Positions 56,001 through 64,000 of a stretch of 64,000 nucleotides of DNA are shown in pieces. Below the pieces are notes generated by a model that was given only the letters and a program-made list of their open reading frames with translations, was not told the DNA's origin and did no database searches. The first letter of the stretch is position 1. Every line of letters begins with the position of its first letter. Origin of the DNA: a bacterium (GTDB lineage: Bacteria; Verrucomicrobiota; Verrucomicrobiia; Limisphaerales; RI-55); NCBI GenBank assembly GCA_016124235.1, contig WGOC01000022.1:157923-221922 (forward strand), given 5' to 3'. The translations under genes and the position numbers were made by a program.

Positions 56001-59000
56001 CGGCTGAGCTGGACGCACCTGAAGAGGCGGCGTAACGGGAACTGGTTGGGCTGCCGGTACCGGTGATTTGCTCTCCTGCCGCCATTGTTGCAAAAGCGTG
56101 TTCTCAGAATCGGCGTTTGCCACTTCGTCGAAGAGCAATTCGGCGGTAGTCGTAGTGCCCAGCTTCCAATAGCAAAACGCAACTTGCGCGCGCGTGGCAG
56201 TGTCCTTGGGTTGTCTGGTGAGAATCGACTGGCAGTGCTTTAGCGCGTCCTCCCAACGGGATTGTTCCATCAAAATGACACCGAGCAATCGTTGGGCGTC
56301 TTCGTTGTGCGGTTCCAATCGCAACACTTCGCGGGCATTGCGTTCGGCCTTCGCCAGCGGATCATTTTCGTCCTGGCCTGTGAGGTCGTTGAGACATTCG
56401 CGAGCGAGCTGGTTTTGCGGATCGAGTTGCAGGATCTTGCGGAACACTTCGATGGCCGTTTCGCCTTCGCCACCGCCGAGCAAACATTTGGCGAGGAGCA
56501 GCAGCGTTTCAACATCGTTGGCGTTCAGTTCGAGGACGCGGTAACAGACCTTCGCGCCGTCGAGCCATTGCTGCCGTTGAATGTGCAAAGCAGCTAGCAA
56601 CCGCAACGCATCCACACCGTTGGGATTGATCGAGAGCGCTTCACGAATGACGGATTCGAGATTGCTCGGCGACTCTTGGGTTGTCGGATTTTGCGGCGCG
56701 ATCGGCTGAGTTTGTTTCGGCGATTGCGAATTGTATTTTTCAGACGCCGCAATTCCGTTCCGTGAAACTGCGATGGATTCGCGGAAGAAGCGGCGATGCT
56801 CTTCGGCCATGCAGCGCCAATCAAACTGAGTTACGGCTGCCCGTGCGTTTCGCCCGAGCGCCACTCTCAGTGCCGGTTCATCTCTCAGCTCGATAACGGC
56901 CTGCATGAACGCCGGCAGTTGCCGGGATACGATAAGCGCGCTCTCGCGGTGCTTTAAGTATTCGGGGACCGCGCCGCAATCCGTCGTGATGATGGCACGC
57001 TCCATCGCCGCTGCCTCCATCACGGAATTGTTGTTCCCTTCAAAGTCGGACGCGCAGATGTAGGCGTCGATCGAATCGTAAAATTCTCGCATCTGGTCCA
57101 CAGCGAGATTCCTGTCGCTGTAGCCGCAGAAAACCAATTCAACACCGGGAAGTTTGCTCAAAGGCGCGATAAATTGTTCGAAGCCCTTGCCGGGAGATTT
57201 GCGGTTGCCCGCCCAACCGAGTCGTAGTTTTCCGGTTGGCGAAACGGCGGACCGGGTTCGCGGTCGAAAGCGTTCCAGGTCGACTCCGTGGGTCAAGTGA
57301 AGCGTGGTTGGAACAAACGGTGCAAACAGCTCCGCGAGTCGTTTAGAAACGACGTGGACGCGCTGAAATCGTGTTTTCAGGCGCTCGGCGAAGAGGAGAA
57401 AATCTTCGTCTTTCCACGAGAGATGGGAACGGATACCGGTCACCCATTTCGCGGGCGTTCGAATTGCTTCGTCTGGAATCAGGTTCCATTCGAGTGGATA
57501 GATCAGATCAAAATTGTCCTCGTAGATCGACTGTCCCTGGTAGGCAATCGAGAACTCAAACTCGTCAGCGAGCAGGAGTTTAAGCACCTTGCAATGACGT
57601 TCGAAAATCCAGTTTGGAACGTCGGCTATGAGTAGGATGCGCGGTTTCCGACCTGGCGGCGAAAATGATCGTTGAATCTGCGTTTCGTCAGCACGCAGTC
57701 GAGACGTCGAAAATGAGGGAGTCATTGGTTGGCAGTTGGCTGAGGGACAATTCTCAAGGACGAAAATCGGCTGAACGTAATTGCGATCCGGTCCGGCACC
57801 TACCGTGTCGTGATCGAAGAGAGATTCATCAAATCCGTAGGCGGCAAGCAGTCGCCACCCTGCGAGCAATTTCGGAAGGCGGTGCCGGCCGTAGATGCGA
57901 TGGGCATTCCATACAACAACGTCGCTGCCGACGGGAACCGCCAGAAACAGTATGCCTCCGGGCCGAAGCATGCTTCGAACTTTCTGCATTGCTGCTACGT
58001 CGCCATCTGGATTGAGCGGATCGCCATAGCGGCCCAGGCCATCATGTTCGAAACTGGATATGGAAAACGCCACATCGAATAACCTGGGGGCGGCCTCAAA
58101 TTCGGAGGGCGTCAATGTCGTGATACCCGGATGATCGGTTACGATCCGGCGATATTCGACCGTCGTACAACGCCCTCCGTTTTCGAGAATCAGGGCTTCG
58201 TACCACGGAAGCTCCGATCCAATGACCACAACATCTTTGCCGCGAATACTGAAGCGATCCAGAGCTTGATAGAGCCAGAGATTGGTGGGGCCGTAGCTTC
58301 CTGCCTCGCGCCGTGAGATCCGTTGCCGAAGGTCTTCAACGAGTGTGCGAGGGTAGCGAAGAGGTTGTTCGGGCGGTGTCGCCTCGTTCAAGTACCATTC
58401 CTCAACTCTGGCCCTGCCCGACATGGTGTAAGCCTCCGTCATCGTCGCGGGAATTTTCTGTGGTGGAGTTCCGGGGACAACACTCGCCGCTTGTTGAGAT
58501 GCCGTATTCACCGCGCCTGATCGACGCGCAACGTACACAATTTTGGGTATTTCCTGTGTCTCCTGAAAGATCGACTCGATGGTCAAGCCACTGCGGGAGA
58601 AAATTTGTTCGATTTCGGCGCGCGAGTGCCGCACGCGATATTCGGACGGGCGCTTTTCTGCGACGGGTTTGCTGCGATCCTGCGTGCAATACTGGTTGTC
58701 CGGAAAGTCGTTGTAGGCGGCGTCGATGACGTCCAGTACGATGATGCCACCAACTTCCAAATGTGGAAGGTATCGGTCGAGGAAGTCATCCAGCGAAAAT
58801 CCTTCTATCAAGTGGGTCCAGTTGAGCGCCTCGATCAGGCCGAATGCCATTTCGGGCAAATGGTGAGGGCTCAAACCGTCGTCCTGCCAAAACTGTATCG
58901 GGAAGCCGGTTTTGGTGGCGATTTCAGTTCCCGCCGCAACTGTTCGGGGGTCGATATCGCATCCATAGAGTTCCGTAAAGCCATGTTCCGCCAGCCAGAA

Positions 59001-60206
59001 CAGGTTGAAACCGACTCCGCAACCTAATGACAGGACCGGGGTTTCCGTCGACAAATGCTCTGCGGCCCACACACAAGGTTTCCAAGTATCCCAGCGACTG
59101 CCGCGCTCTCGAAATATGTAGTGGAACCATCCGGGAACACCATGCCGATCGAGAACCGATTCCACCAATTCTCGCGAGATCCGAAGTTCGGGATTGAGGG
59201 TTTGACTGCGGAGCGAAGGGACCATGCTTTGCTCGGTGCACTTTTTTGTTTGAGCCGGCGGACTGACTTCGTTGAGGAAGTGACTGTGATATTCCGCCAT
59301 TGTGCATGGTTGCGCTCCGACTCTTCGAGCAAACGCGAATACCTGTTTCAACATGTCTGTGAACCGGGAAACATCCGTCTTGCTTTGCGGATAAGGGGAT
59401 GCACCCGCGACGAGTTCAACGTTGTGAAACATCATTACCAGCGGGCGGCGATGACCGTCGCGCGCGGGTTGGGCAGAAACCTGGCGCACGATTTCGCAGA
59501 GGGTGTCGGCATTGGAATACCAAGGGCGAAACCAAACAGGTTCGCCAGCGGGCGCGGAGGAAACGGTCCCGGCGGGGAGAATCGTTACTGGCAGTTCGAC
59601 GAATTGCGATTTTCCGGGCAACGCGATGTTTCCATCGGGGCCCACCCTGTAGGGAAACTCGGAAAACGAGCGATAGTCCGGTTGTTTTGCTCCGCGACGG
59701 CTCGTCCAACAGATGTGAGGTGTAACGGACGAGTCAATCAAGTAACCAAGCTCCCTCAAAATCCGGCAGGTATGGGAACTTGCACCGAAGCGACCAGCAC
59801 GGAAACTGAGCGGTTGATAGCCGAATTGTTGCCGAAATAATTCAGTCAATGTCGCGAGTTTTGCGTGCTCGATCTCGGGCCCGTACTCCCATTGCATCTC
59901 ATCCGTCAACGTGCCGGCGAAGTCCCATGTTTTTGGACGAGGTGCGACATAGTCTCCGTGCAGGTGCGTAGTCAATTCGACGTCTCTCAACGATCGAAGC
60001 ACGTCAACACAATCCGGATTCAGGAGAATTTCGGGGCTCAGCAAGTAGGTCGGACGTATGCCGAATTCTGCAAACAACGGTTGAAGCAAGTTAGGGATGG
60101 CATCTGTTACGGCCCGGAAGGAGAGAGGAGAAGCCGTCCGCCACGATGCGCTCTTGTCGCATTCCGTGTCGATCGTGACGAGGAGACGGAGTTCTTGATC
60201 TTTCAT
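50007..60206 (-). CDS. giant multidomain glycan-modifying enzyme (3399 aa): deacetylase-like + 3 methyltransferase + 5 glycosyltransferase modules + TPR regions
   Basis: Approximate domain map, aa (nt):
- 1-310 polysaccharide-deacetylase-like, LLVTIDTECD (59277-60206).
- 385-540 SAM MTase, LSLGCGVGF (58587-59054).
- 640-820 DUF268-type MTase, FSISSFEHDGLGRYGDPLNPDGD (57747-58289).
- 853-1145 GT4, GWAGNRKSPGKG...EGNNNSVMEAAA (56772-57650).
- 1185-1370 TPR.
- 1408-1640 zinc-ribbon CPFC..CSDC + SAM MTase, ILDIGCGWG (55287-55985).
- 1795-1990 GT2-like, VVADDD (54237-54824).
- 2090-2350 GT9-like, FVGADSWGKTFAALRGIPTIVF (53157-53939).
- 2440-2740 GT4, RGEGFGLPVLEAMACGLPVI (51987-52889).
- 2863-3040 GT2, SVCLITKNEE...LDADEEL (51087-51620).
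- 3040-3399 TPR-like.
It is a single uninterrupted ORF. Confidence 0.9.
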   Translation of the reverse strand: MKDQELRLLVTIDTECDKSASWRTASPLSFRAVTDAIPNLLQPLFAEFGIRPTYLLSPEILLNPDCVDVLRSLRDVELTTHLHGDYVAPRPKTWDFAGTLTDEMQWEYGPEIEHAKLATLTELFRQQFGYQPLSFRAGRFGASSHTCRILRELGYLIDSSVTPHICWTSRRGAKQPDYRSFSEFPYRVGPDGNIALPGKSQFVELPVTILPAGTVSSAPAGEPVWFRPWYSNADTLCEIVRQVSAQPARDGHRRPLVMMFHNVELVAGASPYPQSKTDVSRFTDMLKQVFAFARRVGAQPCTMAEYHSHFLNEVSPPAQTKKCTEQSMVPSLRSQTLNPELRISRELVESVLDRHGVPGWFHYIFRERGSRWDTWKPCVWAAEHLSTETPVLSLGCGVGFNLFWLAEHGFTELYGCDIDPRTVAAGTEIATKTGFPIQFWQDDGLSPHHLPEMAFGLIEALNWTHLIEGFSLDDFLDRYLPHLEVGGIIVLDVIDAAYNDFPDNQYCTQDRSKPVAEKRPSEYRVRHSRAEIEQIFSRSGLTIESIFQETQEIPKIVYVARRSGAVNTASQQAASVVPGTPPQKIPATMTEAYTMSGRARVEEWYLNEATPPEQPLRYPRTLVEDLRQRISRREAGSYGPTNLWLYQALDRFSIRGKDVVVIGSELPWYEALILENGGRCTTVEYRRIVTDHPGITTLTPSEFEAAPRLFDVAFSISSFEHDGLGRYGDPLNPDGDVAAMQKVRSMLRPGGILFLAVPVGSDVVVWNAHRIYGRHRLPKLLAGWRLLAAYGFDESLFDHDTVGAGPDRNYVQPIFVLENCPSANCQPMTPSFSTSRLRADETQIQRSFSPPGRKPRILLIADVPNWIFERHCKVLKLLLADEFEFSIAYQGQSIYEDNFDLIYPLEWNLIPDEAIRTPAKWVTGIRSHLSWKDEDFLLFAERLKTRFQRVHVVSKRLAELFAPFVPTTLHLTHGVDLERFRPRTRSAVSPTGKLRLGWAGNRKSPGKGFEQFIAPLSKLPGVELVFCGYSDRNLAVDQMREFYDSIDAYICASDFEGNNNSVMEAAAMERAIITTDCGAVPEYLKHRESALIVSRQLPAFMQAVIELRDEPALRVALGRNARAAVTQFDWRCMAEEHRRFFRESIAVSRNGIAASEKYNSQSPKQTQPIAPQNPTTQESPSNLESVIREALSINPNGVDALRLLAALHIQRQQWLDGAKVCYRVLELNANDVETLLLLAKCLLGGGEGETAIEVFRKILQLDPQNQLARECLNDLTGQDENDPLAKAERNAREVLRLEPHNEDAQRLLGVILMEQSRWEDALKHCQSILTRQPKDTATRAQVAFCYWKLGTTTTAELLFDEVANADSENTLLQQWRQESKSPVPAAQPVPVTPPLQVRPAQPTTESVGCPFCASRRADRVRHAADIVQCSDCQTVYLRTRMTTEQMEKLYQTYADDGSHMALPKSKDAAAASCLKRDYFFQEILGINQKRGRILDIGCGWGAFLLNARDHGFQPAGMELTRKAVHYANDELQIPVVNTQFLDTPYEENSHQVITMLHVLEHLPQPREAIAKVFLTLQPGGLFCGIVPNFASYCSRHAGDRWYWLDPNYHYVHYTPETLRRHLEAAGFVVERIYTALGDYGMRMHREVADRVDASLRNDASHQQLVDQLAQNGQGEEIRFFARKPEQVASVNALSSPNDLQLSDQLTHLLDLREPLSAEAVREAGVALEAALDCASKSEFARAHKARLDRIFFGLIDLQIGKTTRNGDHEFAGRLKILRGKLIEHSDLKPRVRESGWSFCFITNGKRPEKLRRAIESVQSLNIPNCEILIGGEASEGFDDIEFVPAVDAARNGRLGEMRNRLLDRARFDHLVVADDDLIFQSDFFRGLQQFGDDFEVLCVRLLNPDGTRYWDWATNAGPRGHKLLPYDETDPHVYVTGGLCVMKAAVGDRVRWSDSLGFYQGEDADFSRRLHAAGISIRFNSHSTVIHGDPRYTSIDGVILDPPAVRQMTRESLCRHETEKAREYQKLLLGMDSATPTNWNAFVDSILTGEKDGRYLELVKELFPVVTKELQNGNHFAKLAEMLAGYLERIGPFYFHCGGAGDGLLLLSTFYDRHPESVIVSMANSNEAMKSFFDAFPKLKNVYFLPEHPDPHHHLLVRMLMKLVRTCRGVGVTPYQEYSEWNPTFDIYRQRKVTEHPKWAREFQRTDSPACVTLSPKGSLTGMVGSKRNQLDPATWPALQRLILDAGLTPVILGTPDEATLYPAISGAVDQRSYSFREQMEWIASSKVFVGADSWGKTFAALRGIPTIVFDSLRGADWTGKKDASDFVFIDPWSDITLVRSFDEFRKTFQKAIAKQPAPSQNAQPAVKQTTRFEINWHGSFLDYGSLSNINRVLTDTLVIQNGASIRRIQTTPVTGKLAKPLQSYRGKLASKANTNASLTVRHAWPPDWSRPAQGKLAVIQPWEFGSLPKDWVNASANADVFWVPSNYVRQVYIESGVPAEKVHVVPNGIDPKAFHPQVKPLSLATKKKFKFLFVGGTIHRKGPDVLLKAYCETFTAKDDVCLVIKDFGGASVYAGQTIDQQIREIQKQPNTPEILYLTNELPARDLPGLYKACNCLVHPYRGEGFGLPVLEAMACGLPVIVTAGGATDDFVPAEIGYRIPSTRQVFGREISGMPLAGDGWLLEPNVDALKKLIRHVVEHREEARARGNAASAHVRENWTWNHTANRIAELVQQRAADVPSAEETPKPSEQKSHKPIAIKLPAVAKLGHLGAARELFKQGKLVAAWNANLDAIAQRPFHPEACLLLAEIACQSGDATRMKECVDRALSLTPNWKTARKFAKTHKLRPAKTKTEFSPLPPTREPQLSVCLITKNEEKFLDQCLRSIKDIAQQIVVMDTGSTDRTVDIAKQHGAEVHSVTWCDDFSAARNAALEKATGDWVLVLDADEELAPDSKAALRIAMQTPNTIGWRLPIIDVGHEAEGRTFVARLFRNAPGLFYVSRVHEQVFSSVEVRREEWNMETAVADVKLIHHGYTAEVVKDRNKVIRNLRLLEMTIDEIPGDPNLLMNYGLELIRSERFDEGLKRYAEAFAALDGKPVNEVTPELRESLLTQYTSHLMKVNRWSDIVAVLSSRVARAGKLTASLQFTLGLAHQELHQWTEAVAAFRACIATRNEPSFYLVNQVIHSGAPRHCLALALWQSGAIEDATGEFASAIQEDPKLAPLRMDAARFATKHGDPVEALKLFHGLVTENTQFVEAWVHGARVALSQPDFIEFARDWTAEAIKHHPTNRDLIAARGETLLLTQQYADALPFWRQLNGQPRALSARLFCELMQGEFSIDGPPENEAETSQEFLNWYRRLVNYGAAEGVQAVGERLEYLATVLPSAARTLNRVLEQAAVEAA

Positions 60207-63200
60207 GGCATTGTGAGAGCGGTTTGGCTTGGAGTTGGGAGCCGGTTGCTGCGGCGGTGACTTCCGTCCACGAAATATCGATTCACGAACTTTATTGCTG
60301 AGTCAGGAATCTTGTCTGATGTGTCGCCAGCCAGGGCACAAGCGAGTCCATTACGAGTAAACCAATCGACCATCGCATTACGCAACAAACGCCAGTTCTC
60401 TTGAAACCGCCCGTAGTCGGGTGGAATGCCACGTAGTTCGTGGACCAGTGTCTCATCGTCGTAACGGGCAATATGGTGATAAGTCAGCCCCATCATATCG
60501 CAAAACGAACTTACCCGGGTGTCCGTGCCTATGAGCAACGTTGGTCTGCCGTAGCTGAGCGAAACCATCCCGAAATGCAGCCGGAAACCGGCCGTTCGCG
60601 AGGCCGAAACCGCAGCCGAAACCATTGCGTCGTGCCGGTAATTTTCGTCATGAACCCAGCTCAGACCAAACTCATTCCTGAGCTCGTCAGCGATGGGCAA
60701 ATCGTATGGACTCTGCAAAACCAAAGTCGGGCGGAATTCCCGGCAAAGACGGTTCAACGTGACGCGAGCCTTGTCGTTCCAAGACTCGTTAACATGCAAC
60801 AACCGCGCCCGGATCGAAAGGTGCAACCGCGATGTGTCCGCCGTTTGAAACTTTGGCTCTCGCAGGGCGTGGAACAACACAGGGCAGCCCGTTAGTTCCA
60901 CATTACGAATACCCAGTCCTCTGACGAATTCGAGCGAGAGCGGATCACGCACACTGCCCCCGTGACAGCGTTCGTGCAAAAGGCGGACAGCCTTTATTCC
61001 GTCGGCGTCCATGACTGGCATGTGACCGACCGCCGCGCTGCCACCGACCCCCAAGGGGAGGATCGGTATCTGAATTCGCCGGATAATTGCGGAGGTCAAT
61101 GCGCAGGCAAAGACGTGCTGATACAGATTCGTGCCGCAAAGAATCGCGGCATCGCAGGCATTGATCTCCTCGACTTGCGCGTCAGACAGCGGTTGCAACA
61201 AGGGAAACTCCCGGGTGTCAGCGTTGCCAAGAAGTCGTCGGATGGAATCCACGATCAACGCGTCGCCGGAATTATCCCCGTTAACCGCGGCGCTGAGGAG
61301 TGCGATTCTCTTCCGAATGCTGTCAGTCAATTGGGGATTGACCGTGTGGACGCATTCAACGCGCTCCGACTGGAACTCGAGCACGTAAAGGAACTCGTCT
61401 TTCCCGAGATCCACTTTCTTCAAGAGCTTTCCAGCTATATTTTTTAAGATCGTTTCAAGTTCGGCCACGCTAAGGGAGCTCTGCCAGTGTTGGCGTGTTC
61501 GCCGTGCCGGATCCGAGCAATCATTGTAGGAAAGTACCAGATATTGGGTGTGCCGCGCCGCCCATTCCAGCAATCGCCTGACGTCAGAAAAATATTCAAC
61601 CAAGCCCAGCATTGTGGCGACGGTGTAACTGTCGTCCGGAAGCGATGTGTTCAAATCCAGCGTGATCACATCGGGTCGTCGGGCGACGCGATCCACGGGG
61701 ACATACTCAAGGGAAGCCGGAACGAGGGCTCGTAAAGTTTGATGTCCACATCCCAGATCGATGAGTCGACCTTGTGCCGGCAGATCCAGATCGCGAATCA
61801 ATTGTGCTGCCGCCTCGGCCCGTGAGGGCCACTCCAAAAGATTCTCACCAAGGTTGCGGTCCCAAAGAATTTTTCGTTCGGCCTCCGCGTCAACGGAGGA
61901 ATCGTGGGGAGCGTTCTGAACCGATGCGTTTTGAGAGACTCCGGTTTGCTTGTTCAGCGCCTCACGAAAAGCTTTTCTCCAGGAATTCGCAACCACATCC
62001 CAACTCCGGGTGGAAAGAGCCTCCCGGGCATTGGCTTGACCAATCTTGCGTATTCGTTCGGTATTTAAAGCGCACCATTGAAACGCCGCACGAAATGCTG
62101 CGACGGATCGCTCCACGACCAGACCATTGACCTTGTGTTGCACCAACTCCGGGACGATCCCGACGTCTACCGCCACCGGAAAGCACCCACAAGCAAGGCC
62201 TTCGACGAGCGTCAAGGGCTCTCCTTCAGCCGTGGACGCAACGCAGAGAACATCGACAGAATTGTAAAAGTTCCGCATCTGCGCCTGGGTAAGTTTCCCG
62301 CCTGCGATATTGAGTTCGAAATCAGTTCCAGCGGAGGGGCGCAATATGTCCGCAACGCCCTTGCAGGAATCCTTTTCATTGCCCGCCCATCCGATTCGTA
62401 GGGGACCCGATCGATGGGCATCGCAACGAAAGTCGCCTGTGTCGAATCCATTTGGCGTCAGCATTACCGGCCGCACTTCGGAAAAGATAGACTGTAGGCG
62501 CTTGGACGTGGCTGTTAGTGTACCGGCGTCAGTCAGGTATCGTTTGGCTGCCTCGGGAGCTGTGAGCCGCCCATAAAAGTCTTCATTCGCCCATCGATGG
62601 GAGCTGATTTCTTTAATTACTTTTCGCGGGTCTTTGACGTAGGCTTGGTGATAGCTTTCGCCCCAGAAGAACACGTGGATCAGATCGAATGGCCATGAAT
62701 TCAGGTCGGGGCTTTCGCACACGTAGAAAATCCGGAACTCGAATTCATCGCACAAACGAGTCGCAATGGCCTTGGCCGCCGTGTCGTAAGCCCAGTTGGG
62801 ACGATCAACCAGCAACAGCACCCGCGGTTTCCGACGTCCGGGAGCTTTTTGTGACAACGATATCGGTTCCAGTTCCGGAGTCGACTTCAAGTCGGGTATT
62901 GTTTTATTCCCAGCCGAGGATTCGTTACGCCGTGATCTTTGAGCTGCTATGTGAGGTGCGATCGTGCTTGCCAATTTTTCCCACCATCGTTTGGTGGTAT
63001 AGTCGGCCATCACGCGCTTCCAACCCGCTGCTGCGATCCGCCGCCGTTCGTCCGGGTGGGTGAGATAGTAGCACGTCTTTTCCACGCATTCTTCAATGGA
63101 GTCAAAACCCACCACCTCCCGGTCGAGATCAAAAATTTTTGCGAGATTGGATTTGTTGTCACAAATCTGCATAACGCCATAGGCGGGCAACGTGAACAAC

Positions 63201-63958
63201 CTGCTGTTACACGGCCCGACGGAGTTGTGCAGGTTCCAACCGATTTGTGCCCTTGGGTAGACATTGTCTGCGGCGATGGGTCCCTCCGGCCATCCCGGCC
63301 CTCGAATAAACGCTTGAGGAAACTCGAGCGACAGGCGCTCCAGACGCTGGGCCCGATCACTCAAGTTGAACACCCGCTCGCAGAGCATCACGATCTCAAG
63401 GTCGCGCCCCGCTCCAGACAGCACTTTTTCTTCGGTCAGCGTTGGGTCGCATAACTCGGCGCGAACCGGTGGGAAGAGCCAGTTCACGTGTCGGCAGCCC
63501 CAGCGACGGTAGTCATCCAGGCAGGCGATGTTGGTGGGAAAACAGAAATCAAAACTGGGAGCGACAGGCCGCGACAGAATGTCGGAGCTTTCGGGATCAT
63601 CTGCACAAATAAACACATTGTAGGTGGACAATGATTTGATGAAATCGGGGTGCAACATCGTGCCACCGGAAGCGATCAGGACGTCCTTCGTGGTCAGTCG
63701 GTCGGCCAGTGCCTCATACTGAGGAAGAAGATCCGGAGACTGGTCCCGCCATTTTGCATCCAATTTTGGGAAAGGCCACCAACCTCCATCGCAAAAGATG
63801 GGTATGGCCTCGACATTGTATTCCAAGCTTCGTGCGTTTGCCGCAAAAGCCTCTTCCTCTGCCACTCGGTTCGAAGAATAGGCGGGGTATACTATCGCGT
63901 ATCGAAGTAATTCCAGAGATCGGTGCAACGGCGGGAGCTTATCTGATTGCGATGCCAT
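60203..63958 (-). CDS. multidomain glycan-modifying enzyme (1251 aa): CgeB-like GT + GT4 + SAM methyltransferase + polysaccharide pyruvyl transferase
   Basis: Domains by aa: 1-335 CgeB/DUF3880-like (FDSIEECVEKTCYYLTHPDERRRIAAAGWKRVMADYT). 375-665 GT4 (GWAGNEKDSCKG...EGEPLTLVEGLACGCFPV). 700-860 SAM MTase (RLIDLGCGHQ). 880-1210 pyruvyl-transferase-like (GDNSGDALIVDS...ILCGTNLY). The stop overlaps the ATG of the 3399-aa gene (ATGA at 60203-60206). Confidence 0.88.
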   Translation of the reverse strand: MASQSDKLPPLHRSLELLRYAIVYPAYSSNRVAEEEAFAANARSLEYNVEAIPIFCDGGWWPFPKLDAKWRDQSPDLLPQYEALADRLTTKDVLIASGGTMLHPDFIKSLSTYNVFICADDPESSDILSRPVAPSFDFCFPTNIACLDDYRRWGCRHVNWLFPPVRAELCDPTLTEEKVLSGAGRDLEIVMLCERVFNLSDRAQRLERLSLEFPQAFIRGPGWPEGPIAADNVYPRAQIGWNLHNSVGPCNSRLFTLPAYGVMQICDNKSNLAKIFDLDREVVGFDSIEECVEKTCYYLTHPDERRRIAAAGWKRVMADYTTKRWWEKLASTIAPHIAAQRSRRNESSAGNKTIPDLKSTPELEPISLSQKAPGRRKPRVLLLVDRPNWAYDTAAKAIATRLCDEFEFRIFYVCESPDLNSWPFDLIHVFFWGESYHQAYVKDPRKVIKEISSHRWANEDFYGRLTAPEAAKRYLTDAGTLTATSKRLQSIFSEVRPVMLTPNGFDTGDFRCDAHRSGPLRIGWAGNEKDSCKGVADILRPSAGTDFELNIAGGKLTQAQMRNFYNSVDVLCVASTAEGEPLTLVEGLACGCFPVAVDVGIVPELVQHKVNGLVVERSVAAFRAAFQWCALNTERIRKIGQANAREALSTRSWDVVANSWRKAFREALNKQTGVSQNASVQNAPHDSSVDAEAERKILWDRNLGENLLEWPSRAEAAAQLIRDLDLPAQGRLIDLGCGHQTLRALVPASLEYVPVDRVARRPDVITLDLNTSLPDDSYTVATMLGLVEYFSDVRRLLEWAARHTQYLVLSYNDCSDPARRTRQHWQSSLSVAELETILKNIAGKLLKKVDLGKDEFLYVLEFQSERVECVHTVNPQLTDSIRKRIALLSAAVNGDNSGDALIVDSIRRLLGNADTREFPLLQPLSDAQVEEINACDAAILCGTNLYQHVFACALTSAIIRRIQIPILPLGVGGSAAVGHMPVMDADGIKAVRLLHERCHGGSVRDPLSLEFVRGLGIRNVELTGCPVLFHALREPKFQTADTSRLHLSIRARLLHVNESWNDKARVTLNRLCREFRPTLVLQSPYDLPIADELRNEFGLSWVHDENYRHDAMVSAAVSASRTAGFRLHFGMVSLSYGRPTLLIGTDTRVSSFCDMMGLTYHHIARYDDETLVHELRGIPPDYGRFQENWRLLRNAMVDWFTRNGLACALAGDTSDKIPDSAIKFVNRYFVDGSHRRSNRLPTPSQTALTMP

Positions 63959-64000
63959 TTGAAGTCTGTGAGCTGACGCAACGGCATTGTCGCCTCGAAC

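Overview
This is a fairly GC-rich bacterial chromosome segment. The gene content suggests the PVC superphylum, most likely Verrucomicrobiota. That placement is an inference from several features: prepilin-type proteins with [20 protein letters not shown]-termini, a DUF1501 / PSCyt-DUF1549-DUF1553 pair, Tat-signal Gfo/Idh/MocA and ThuA-like proteins. All family calls come from motif recognition by eye; no searches were run and no GC values were computed.

Layout:
(1) 1-8.6 kb: an operon with one membrane protein, one ABC ATPase and four tandem paralogous double-length ABC-2-type permeases.
(2) 8.7-17.1 kb: housekeeping and miscellaneous genes. These are argC, a GNAT, rpsI-rplM, a Gfo/Idh/MocA oxidoreductase, a small AT-richer islet with a J-domain membrane protein and an Imm50-like gene, a ThuA-like protein, an FmdB zinc ribbon and a LysM-amidase.
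(3) 17.3-21.9 kb: an exopolysaccharide export module (OM beta-barrel, BY-kinase/Wzc-like, Wza-like, FHA protein).
(4) 21.9-34.2 kb: purH, an RlmI-like methyltransferase, two pseudopilin-like paralogues, feoB-feoA-feoA', and a divergent DUF1501 / PSD1 pair.
(5) 34.35-49.70 kb: a ~15.3 kb transposable element bounded by inverted copies of a bipartite repeat. It has a phage-type repressor/Ner switch. Its 11-gene overlapping operon ends in a tape-measure-like protein, a MuA-like transposase and a MuB-like ATPase. It also carries a MuF-like gene, AT-richer cargo genes and a ~540 nt ORF-free structured region. No capsid, portal, terminase or lysis genes are recognisable.
(6) tRNA-Val(GAC) at 49854-49928.
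(7) 50.0-64.0 kb: two translationally coupled giant genes (3399 aa and 1251 aa). Together they fuse about 13 glycan-modifying catalytic modules.

No rRNA and no CRISPR array was seen. The best candidate for a novel system is the Mu/Tn7-superfamily element. The glycan mega-enzyme pair is second and the 1-ATPase/4-permease array is third.
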